Assembly (NCBI GenBank): GCA_963825545.1
Contig: CAWGTR010000006.1
Coordinates: forward strand, 223,475-287,474
Direction: 5' to 3'
DNA from: an uncultured Chloroflexia bacterium
Lineage (GTDB): Bacteria; Chloroflexota; Limnocylindria; Limnocylindrales; CSP1-4
DNA: 64,000 bases
The notes under the pieces are model-generated. The model saw nothing but the letters and a program-made list of their open reading frames with translations, had not been told where the DNA came from and did not search any database. Below are positions 24,621-32,900 of this stretch, piece after piece. Within the stretch, counting starts at the first letter, position 1. The number at the start of each line of letters is the position of its first letter. A program made the translations under genes and the position numbers.

Positions 24621-25859
24621 GTGGCCAAGACCGGGAAGAACGGAACCAACGGCACGAACGGCGCGAAGCCGGCTGCCGGCGCGGCGCGCCGGACCGACGG
24701 CAAGATCCGGGTCGCGATCGTCGGGGTGGGGAACTGCGCCAGCAGCCTCGTCCAGGGTCGTTACTACTACGAGAACGCGAAGAAGGAGGACTTCGTCCCC
24801 GGCCTAATGCACGTCGAGCTCGGCGGGTACCACGTTCGCGACATCGAGTTCGTCGCCGCGTTCGACATCGACAAGAACAAGGTCGGCAAGGACCTCTCCG
24901 AGGCGATCTACCAGAAGCCGAACAACACCTACGTCTTCCAGCAGGTCCCGCACATCGGGGTGACCGTCGACCGCGGAATGACCCACGACGGGCTCGGCAA
25001 GTACCTCAGCCAGATCATCGAAAAGGCGCCCGGCCCGACGGCCGACGTCGTCGGGATCCTCCGCGAGCGCGAGGTCGACGTGATGGTCTCCTACCTGCCG
25101 GTCGGCAGCGAGGAGGCCACGAAGTGGTACGTCGAGCAGGCGCTCAAGGCGGGCGTCGGGTTCGTGAACGCCATCCCGGTGTTCATCGGCCGCGAGCCGT
25201 ACTGGCAGCGGCGCTTCGCCGAGGAGGGCCTGCCGGTCATCGGTGACGACATCAAGAGCCAGGTCGGGGCCACGATCAGCCACCGCGTCCTGACCCGCCT
25301 GTTCATGGACCGCGGCGTCCGCCTCGACCGGACCTACCAGCTCAACTTCGGCGGCAACACCGACTTCCTCAACATGCTCGAGCGCGAGCGTCTCGAGTCG
25401 AAGAAGATCTCGAAGACGAACGCGGTCACGAGCATGCTCGACTACGAGGTCGACCCCGATGACGTCCACGTCGGCCCGAGCGACCACGTTCCGTGGCTGC
25501 TCGACCGGAAGTGGTGCTACATCCGGATGGAGGGCACGACCTACGGCGACGTGCCGCTCAACGCCGAGCTCAAGCTCGAGGTCTGGGACAGCCCGAACAG
25601 CGCCGGCGTGATCACCGACGCGATCCGCTGCCTCAAGCTCGGCCTCGACCGCGGGCTCACCGGAACCCTGGTCGCGCCGTCGAGCTACTTCATGAAGAGC
25701 CCGCCAATCCAGATCCACGACGACATCGCGTTCAACCGGGTCGAGGCGTTCATCCGGGGCGAGGACAACGAGACCCTCGTCGGCACGGAGGCTCCGCAGA
25801 AGCGGACGCTCAGGCGGCTGGCCGGGCCGAAGGCGAAGGTGGCGGCCGGAGCCCGGTGA
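24621..25859 (+). CDS. ino1: myo-inositol-1-phosphate synthase
   Basis: [53 protein letters not shown] and [11 protein letters not shown]. Confidence 0.95.
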   Translation: MAKTGKNGTNGTNGAKPAAGAARRTDGKIRVAIVGVGNCASSLVQGRYYYENAKKEDFVPGLMHVELGGYHVRDIEFVAAFDIDKNKVGKDLSEAIYQKPNNTYVFQQVPHIGVTVDRGMTHDGLGKYLSQIIEKAPGPTADVVGILREREVDVMVSYLPVGSEEATKWYVEQALKAGVGFVNAIPVFIGREPYWQRRFAEEGLPVIGDDIKSQVGATISHRVLTRLFMDRGVRLDRTYQLNFGGNTDFLNMLERERLESKKISKTNAVTSMLDYEVDPDDVHVGPSDHVPWLLDRKWCYIRMEGTTYGDVPLNAELKLEVWDSPNSAGVITDAIRCLKLGLDRGLTGTLVAPSSYFMKSPPIQIHDDIAFNRVEAFIRGEDNETLVGTEAPQKRTLRRLAGPKAKVAAGAR

Positions 25860-26872
25860 CCTCGGTCCCGGATCGGCCCGTGGCCGGCGGGCCGATCGAC
25901 CCTGGACCGCGACCCGCACTCGAGAGGCCCAACCGGCGCGTCGCGAGCGCGCCACGGGTCGTCGAGAAGACGGCGGTGCTCGCCTACCGGCTGGCCGAAT
26001 GGCTCGTCGCCCGGCTGCCGACCGGGCCGACGGCGCGTGTCGTCGGCTGGTTCGTCCAGGGGTCCTACCTGCTCTGGCCGACGAAGCGGCGCTGGTCCAA
26101 CCGCAACTTCGGCCATGTCCTCGGGCTGCCGCCCGACGACCCGGCGGTGCGGCGGATGGCGCTCCGGGCGTACCGGAGCTACGCCCGCTACCTCGTCGAG
26201 CTCCTTCAGCTCCCGTCGCTGAGCCAGGAGCGGGCGATCGGCCTGATCGACCAGGCCGCCGTCGACGACGTCGAGCGGCTGTGGCGGGGCTCGAACGGGC
26301 TGATCTTCGCGGCCTGCCACGTCGGGAACAACGAGATCATCGCCGCGGCCATCGGGTGGCGCGGCTGGCCGTTGGCGGGGCTGGCCGACGACTCGACGTT
26401 CCCCGAGCTGTTCGAGCATCTCCGCGCGGAGCGAGCCCGCTGGAACGCCCGGGTGATCCCGTGGCGCAACCTGCGCGAGGTCTACGCGGTCCTCCGACGG
26501 CGCGAGATGCTCGCCCTGCTGGTCGACTGGGGCTATCGGGCGGATGACGTCCCGGTCCGCCTGTTCGGCGCCTGGACGACCCTGCCGGCCGGACCGGCGA
26601 CGCTCGCCGGAAAGACCGGAGCGCTCATCGTGCCGGTCGCCATCCGGCGGCTGCCCGACGGCCGGTTCCACGCCTCGACCGAGCCACCGATCCAGGTGGC
26701 GTCGACCGAGCCGGCCGAGGTCCTGCGCGCTACGCAGGCCATCGCCGACGCGATCGAAGGGGTGATCGCGGCCGCTCCCGAGCAGTGGTACAGCTTCAAG
26801 CCGATATGGCCCGAGACCGCGGCCGAGGCCGCCGAGCTGGAGCGGCGTGCCGCCCGGATGGCCGCCGGATGA
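25856..26872 (+). CDS. LpxL/HtrB-PatA-type lysophospholipid/glycolipid acyltransferase (paralog 1)
   Basis: GTGA overlap with ino1. AACHVGNNE (HX4-acidic motif) and the C-terminal [12 protein letters not shown] typical of the family. Confidence 0.7.
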   Translation: MTSVPDRPVAGGPIDPGPRPALERPNRRVASAPRVVEKTAVLAYRLAEWLVARLPTGPTARVVGWFVQGSYLLWPTKRRWSNRNFGHVLGLPPDDPAVRRMALRAYRSYARYLVELLQLPSLSQERAIGLIDQAAVDDVERLWRGSNGLIFAACHVGNNEIIAAAIGWRGWPLAGLADDSTFPELFEHLRAERARWNARVIPWRNLREVYAVLRRREMLALLVDWGYRADDVPVRLFGAWTTLPAGPATLAGKTGALIVPVAIRRLPDGRFHASTEPPIQVASTEPAEVLRATQAIADAIEGVIAAAPEQWYSFKPIWPETAAEAAELERRAARMAAG

Positions 26873-27870
26873 GCCGCGCAACGGCCGCCCCGGCCGCCGG
26901 GATCCCGGCGAGCGAGCGATCCACCGCCCGGCAGCGGATCGTCGCCGACGCCGTGACCGCCGCGTCGTGGCTCGCCTGCCATCTGCCCGAGCGACCGCTC
27001 GTCGGGCTGGCCGAGCTCGTCGGCGAGCTGTGGTACCTGGTCGACCGGCGGCGTGCCGAGCAGGCTCGCCGCAACCTGCGCCGGGTGACCGGCTGGATGG
27101 TGGCCGAGGGTCTTGCCGACGCACGGATCCGCGCGGCGTCCCGCGGCGGGCGGGCGCTCGACCGGTTGGTCCGGGCGGCGTTCCGCCACTACGCCACCTA
27201 TTACCTCGACGTTGCCCGGGCACCCGCGCTGACGCCCGCCTATCTCGCCGAGCGGCTGACGATCGAGACGCCGGAAGCGTTCGACGACGCCTTTGGCGAG
27301 CCCGGGCCGCGGATCTTCCTCGGGCTCCACTTCGGAGCGATCGAGCTGCAGGCGTACGTCGCCGCCGTCCACGCCGCGCGGCCGCTGACCACGCCGATGG
27401 AGACGGTCGACGATCCGGCTCTCCAGCGCTACTTCGTCCGGACGCGCGGCGCGCTCGGGATCCGGATCGTCGGGCTGCGCGAGGCGCGCCGCGAGGTCCT
27501 CGCCGCCCTCGGCCGTGGCGAGCCCGTCGGGATCGTCGGGGACCGCGACCTGACCGGCGGCGGAATGCCGGTCACGCTGTTCGGATCGCGCGCGTCGCTG
27601 CCCCTCGGCCCGGCGCTCGTGGCCATCGAGAGCGGCGCGCCGACGTTCGCGGTGACGGCGCGCCGGCTGCCGGGCGGGCGCTACGTCGGCCGGCTCGACC
27701 GGCTGGCCATCCCGGCCGCCGGCTCGCGGCGCGAGCGCGTGTCGGCCTTCCTCGACGAGGAGGCGCGCTGGTTCGAGCGCCAGGTCAGCGCCGCCCCGGA
27801 GCAGTGGTGGGCGGTCTTCTTCCCGATCTGGCCCGATCTCGAGGCCGCTCCGGCCGGGATCCGGCGATGA
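26869..27870 (+). CDS. LpxL/HtrB-PatA-type acyltransferase (paralog 2)
   Basis: ATGA overlap. RRAEQARRNLRRV, GLHFGAIEL, GIVGDRDL and APEQWWAVFFPIW. Confidence 0.7.
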   Translation: MSRATAAPAAGIPASERSTARQRIVADAVTAASWLACHLPERPLVGLAELVGELWYLVDRRRAEQARRNLRRVTGWMVAEGLADARIRAASRGGRALDRLVRAAFRHYATYYLDVARAPALTPAYLAERLTIETPEAFDDAFGEPGPRIFLGLHFGAIELQAYVAAVHAARPLTTPMETVDDPALQRYFVRTRGALGIRIVGLREARREVLAALGRGEPVGIVGDRDLTGGGMPVTLFGSRASLPLGPALVAIESGAPTFAVTARRLPGGRYVGRLDRLAIPAAGSRRERVSAFLDEEARWFERQVSAAPEQWWAVFFPIWPDLEAAPAGIRR

Positions 27871-28688
27871 CCGATCGGCTGGGTCGCGCCGACCTGCACA
27901 TCCACACGCTGGCATCGGACGGGATCTCCGGGATCGACGAGATCCTCGACCGGGTCGAGACGGTCGGCGAGCTCGACGTGATCGCCATTACCGACCACGA
28001 GCGGATCGACGCGGCGCTGGCCGCCCGGACGATCGCCCGCGATCGCGGCGCCCCGTTCGAGGTCGTCATCGGCGAGGAGGTCACCACCCGCGGCGGCCAT
28101 CTCCTCGCCCTGTTCATCGAGTCCCCGGTCCGCTCGCTGCGCTCGCTGCGCTCGACGATCGCCGAGATCCACGACCAGGGCGGCCTGGCCATCCCGGCGC
28201 ACCCGCTCGTTCCGTACCCGCTGTGCGCCCAGGGGTTCGTGCTGCGGCGGCTGCTCGGCGAGTCGGACCCGCGCTACCACCCGGACGGGCTCGAGACATT
28301 CAACCCGACGACCCTCGGTCGGCCGCTCCACGCCCGGGTCGTGCGCTTCGCCGTCGACCACGACCTGGCCCAGATCGGCGACAGCGATGCCCATGCGGCG
28401 GTGTCGATCGGTACGGGCTGGACGACCTTCCCGGGCCGTGGCGCCGACGATCTCCGGGCCGCGATCCTCGCGCGCGAGACGCACGCGCACGGGAGCTTCC
28501 ACGGCACCGGCAACCAGGTGTCGACGTTCGGGCGGCAGCTCCGCAAGTACGGCCGCGACGTGCGCGACGAGGTGCGCGGCCGGGTCCGTCGGGACGGCAC
28601 CGGGCGGGACCACGGCTACCCGGGCGGCCGGGCCCGACCGCCACGCTACGAGCCGGGAGCCGTGGCCGGTCCGGAGCACGGACGATGA
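27867..28688 (+). CDS. PHP-domain metal-dependent phosphoesterase
   Basis: ATGA overlap. ADLHIHTLASDG, AITDHERID, IGEEVTTRGGHLLALF, AIPAHP and GDSDAH are PHP His/Asp metal ligand motifs. Confidence 0.8.
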   Translation: MTDRLGRADLHIHTLASDGISGIDEILDRVETVGELDVIAITDHERIDAALAARTIARDRGAPFEVVIGEEVTTRGGHLLALFIESPVRSLRSLRSTIAEIHDQGGLAIPAHPLVPYPLCAQGFVLRRLLGESDPRYHPDGLETFNPTTLGRPLHARVVRFAVDHDLAQIGDSDAHAAVSIGTGWTTFPGRGADDLRAAILARETHAHGSFHGTGNQVSTFGRQLRKYGRDVRDEVRGRVRRDGTGRDHGYPGGRARPPRYEPGAVAGPEHGR

Positions 28689-29917
28689 AGATCGGGCTGG
28701 TGACGCCGTACGTGTACCCGGTTCCGGGCGGCGTCAACGAACACGTCCGCTACCTCTACGAGAACCTGCGCCTGCACGGACACGACGTCCGGATCATCAG
28801 CAGCAGTCACGGCCTCCAGCGCGCCTCCGAGGGCGACATCATCCGGCTCGGGAAGGGCTTCAGCGTCCCGATGAACGGCTCCGTCGGAACGGTTACCCTC
28901 TCGCCGCGCTACGTGGGCCTGGTCGACGAGATGCTCGACCGCGAGCGGTTCGACGTCCTGCACTTCCACGAGCCGTTCGTGCCGTTCCTGTCGCTCATCC
29001 TGCTGCGCCGGTCGCGGAGCGTGAACGTCGCGACGTTCCACGCCTACGCCGGGTTCTCGCTGTCCTACGAGTTCGGGGCGCGCGTCATGCAGGGCCACGC
29101 CCGGCTGCTCCATGGCCGAATCGCCGTCAGCGCAGCGGCGCGGCACTTCATCGACCGCTACTTCCCGGGCGACTACAAGATCATCCCCAACGGCGTCGAC
29201 GTCGACCGCTACCGGAAGGCGGTCCCGATCGCGCGCTGGCAGGACGGCACGCGCAACCTCCTGTTCGTCAGCCGCCTCGAGCCGCGCAAGGGAGTGCTCG
29301 TCCTGCTCAAGGCGTACCGGATCCTGCGCAAGACCGGTTGCCCATGCCGGCTCCTCGTCGTCGGTTCCGGACCGCAGGAGCGCGAGGCTCGGCGCTACGT
29401 GATGACCCGCCGGCTGGCCGGGGTGGAGTTCCTCGGCCGGGTGAGCGACGCGGAGAAGGCCCAGCTGTTCCGCACGGCCGACGTGTTCGTGGCCCCGGCG
29501 ACCGGTCGCGAGTCGTTCGGGATCGTGCTCCTCGAGGCGATGGCCGCCGGCGCGCCGATCGTGGCCTCGGACATCCACGGCTACAAGGGCGTCGTCCGGC
29601 GCGGCGAGCAGGGCCTGCTCGTGCCACCGGGCGAGCCGCGCGAGCTCGCCGCGGCGATCGGGCGGCTCGTCGTCGACGACAGCCTGCGCGCTGACATGAG
29701 CGCGAGCGGGATGGCCCGGGCCGAGACGTTCAGCTGGGAGCGGATCACCGAGCGTGTCGAGAGCTACTACGGCTTCGTGATCCGCCGGCTCGCGGCCCAG
29801 GGCGCCTTGCCGGCGGACTTCCGGGCCGAGATCCCGCCCTCGCCGCGCGTCCAGCCCGCGATCGCAGACTCCGACGGAACGGTCGAGGAACCCTCGGTCA
29901 TCGCCCGCCGCGGCTAA
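28685..29917 (+). CDS. pimA: GT4 (GT-B) glycosyltransferase, PimA-like
   Basis: ATGA overlap. MKIGLVTPYVYPVPGGVNEHV, FVSRLEPRKG and ESFGIVLLEAMAAGAPIVASD (E-x7-E). The gene symbol is tentative and rests on operon context. Confidence 0.7.
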   Translation: MKIGLVTPYVYPVPGGVNEHVRYLYENLRLHGHDVRIISSSHGLQRASEGDIIRLGKGFSVPMNGSVGTVTLSPRYVGLVDEMLDRERFDVLHFHEPFVPFLSLILLRRSRSVNVATFHAYAGFSLSYEFGARVMQGHARLLHGRIAVSAAARHFIDRYFPGDYKIIPNGVDVDRYRKAVPIARWQDGTRNLLFVSRLEPRKGVLVLLKAYRILRKTGCPCRLLVVGSGPQEREARRYVMTRRLAGVEFLGRVSDAEKAQLFRTADVFVAPATGRESFGIVLLEAMAAGAPIVASDIHGYKGVVRRGEQGLLVPPGEPRELAAAIGRLVVDDSLRADMSASGMARAETFSWERITERVESYYGFVIRRLAAQGALPADFRAEIPPSPRVQPAIADSDGTVEEPSVIARRG

Positions 29918-29951
29918 CGCTCGCGGCCCGACCCGGACCGGGCAAGGAGCC

Positions 29952-32900
29952 TCAGCCGGCCTGGCCGGTTGTCACGATCGAGCCAGGGTCGCGGCGCGCC
30001 GCCTCGCGCTCGGCCGCGGCGATCCGCCAGGCCCACGCGGCGTAGCCCACGATCACGCTCGTAACGAGCAGCGCGGCCAGGAGCAGGAGCACGTCGGCGA
30101 GGTGAGCCGTGATCGAGAACGGAACGACCTTGTCGGTGTTGACGGGGAACTGGAACGCGTACAGGTAGGTCGGCAGGAGGCCCTGGTACGCGTTCACGAT
30201 CGCGGCCGGCAGCGGGAGCCCCGAGATGTTCGGATACCACGTGACGAACCAGACGACGCAGGCGAGCATGATCCCTGCCGCGAACCGGCGGCTGTCGCGC
30301 GCGGTAGCCACGACCCAGGCGATCGGCGACAGGGCGATGAGGACGACGAGGGCGATCGGCTCGATTCGGAAGCCGTCCTGGCTCAGGATCGCGGTGTCCG
30401 GCAGGAACCCGCCAACGAGGATGAGCCCGATCGCCCCGCCGACGGCGGTCGCGGCGATCTGGAGGAACCGCCGATTCGCCTCCTCGGCCGATCGGTTGCC
30501 CGAACCGAGCCGGAGGATCTGGACGACAAGCAGCGCGCCGGCGACGAGCAGGATCGCGGCCAGCCCGGCGGTCCGCCAGGTCAGGACGATCTGCCCCGGG
30601 GCCGTCGCGACGCAGGCCTCCGAGCCCGGGTTGACCGCCGTGACCCGCACGAACGTGCACAGCGGGCCCTTGAACAGCCACATGAGAGCCGGGCCGAGGA
30701 CCGCGATCGCCGCGCTCACCCGGGCCAGCGCCCAGGTCCGTGCCGACGGCCCGTTCCGGAGCTCCGCGACGAAGTAGGCGAGGGCGATCAGCAGGAACGG
30801 CACCGCCGCGTAGTAGTGGTACTGGAAGGTGGCCCGGTCGATCCGCGCCCAGGGCAGCCACTGGAAGGCAAACGCGACGAAGACGAGCCCGAGGGCCAGG
30901 CTCCGGCGCTTGAACGCCTGCCAGGCCACGAACAACATCGCCGGGATCGACAGCCACCAGGCGACGAGGTTCCCCGCGTCGTAGATCGCCGCGGACGTGT
31001 TGGCCGCGAACGAGTCCTGGTAGAACCAGACCGGCTTGAGGTCGAGCGGCCAGGCCCAGTACGGCGACGACGCCGCATGGGTCGCCCGGAGCCCGTTGTG
31101 GTAGTCGTACATCTGGCGGGTCAGCGCGAGCAGCGTCTGGCCCGTGTTGCCGGGCGGCCACGTATCGGTGAGCCGGTTGCCCAGCGCCACCCAGGGCAGG
31201 TATGAGATCACGTAGACGACGATCGGGACCACCGCCAGGCAGATCACGCCCCATACGATCGGGAGGCCGAGGAGCGTCCCTGGTCGGAGCCAGCCCTCGG
31301 GCGGCGGGGACCCGGGCTCGGTGAGCCGGACCGGGTCGTCCGGGTCGGGCGGCAGCGCCAGCGGCCCGAGCCCCCAGATGCCGGCGAATCGCAGGATCGC
31401 CCAGACCACGCCCGAGCCGAGGATGAGCAGGAGCGAGATCACCGTCGGCGTCAGGGCCGCCGGGCCCGCGCCGATCGGCTTCACGGCGATGCCGAGCGGG
31501 ACCGCGATGAGGAACACCAGGATCCCGATCGCAGCCGGACCCACGATCGCGAGACGGGTCTCCTCGGCCGACCAGGCGATCGGACGGAAGACGGTCACGA
31601 GGACGGCCCCGAGCGTCAGGGCGATCATCAGCGCGACGAAGAGGAAGTTGCCGGCGCTCGTCGAGGCGTCCGGGGCGATGTCGATCGCCATGTAGCCTAG
31701 CACGGCCGTCCCGAGCGCCAGCCCGAGGATGAGCAGGATCCGGCCGAGCGCGGAGCGGCCCAGGATGAGCACGACGACGCCGGCCATGGCGTACAGCCCG
31801 ACCCATTTCGAGGCGAGCGCGAACCCAAGCAGCACGCCCACCGCGGGCAGCACGACCCAGAACGCCCACGGCCGTTTCCAGCGTCCGAGCCAGAGCGGTG
31901 CGAACAGGGTGTAGGCGGCCACGATGAAGAGGCCGACGTAGACGTCGTTCATCGCGATCCGGCTCTGCACGAAGAGCATTCCGTCGACCAGGACGAGAAT
32001 GGCGGCGATGACCGCGATCTCGCGACGCCGGAACAGGATCCGCACGAGCAGGAAGATGAGCCCGGCCGTGAGCGCCCCGGCGAGCATTCCCGGCAGGCGC
32101 CAGGCGAACGCGTGGTTGCCTGAGTCGACCGTGGCGAGCATCCCGTCGGCGGACGTGGCCAGGATCGCCTGGCGGTCGCCGCTCGGGTTCTCCGGGTTGG
32201 CGTCGAGCGCCCAGGCCTGCGCGTCGAACGGCAACCGGGCATCCGCATAGACCGCATTGCCGTGCGGCTCGACGACGTAGATCGTGTCGCTCGTCCCGTC
32301 CGGGGTCCGACCCAACACGTGGACCATCTGGGTCGGCTGGTCGTACACGAGGTCCCGGACGTCACCCGGCATCGGGAACGTCGTCGTCAGGTGCGGCCCC
32401 TCCTTGCCGTCGCCCTGCCCGAGCTGGATGACGGCCACGTTCTTGCCTTCGAGGGCCGCGTACAGGGTGGGCTGGTCGATCCCCGTCACGACGGTCAGGC
32501 CGCGGGCGGCGCCGTCGAGCGTCACGGTGTCCACGATCTGGCCCGTGGCCGGCGAGATGAACGTCACGCCGCCCTCGTCCGCGACCGCGATCCGCGGCAG
32601 CGGCGCGACCGTCAGCCCGGTCAGGCGGCCGTCCGAGATCGCGGTCGAGATGTCCTTCTGTTGCTGGTCGTCGGTGAACCCGCCGAGCAGGACCACCGCG
32701 GCCTCCCCCGCCGACGTGGCGGCCGTCAGTCGAGCCTGGTAGTCGGCGGCGTTCCCGCCGGTGATCGTGGCCAGGGCCGCGGACACGGCGGCCGGGTCGG
32801 TGACGGCCGTCGGGTCTGCCGTCAGCCCGTCGCCCAGTCCGCCGTCGGCGAGATCCGAGACGCCGCCGAGCCGCTGCCGGCCCGTCTCGGCGCCCGTGCT

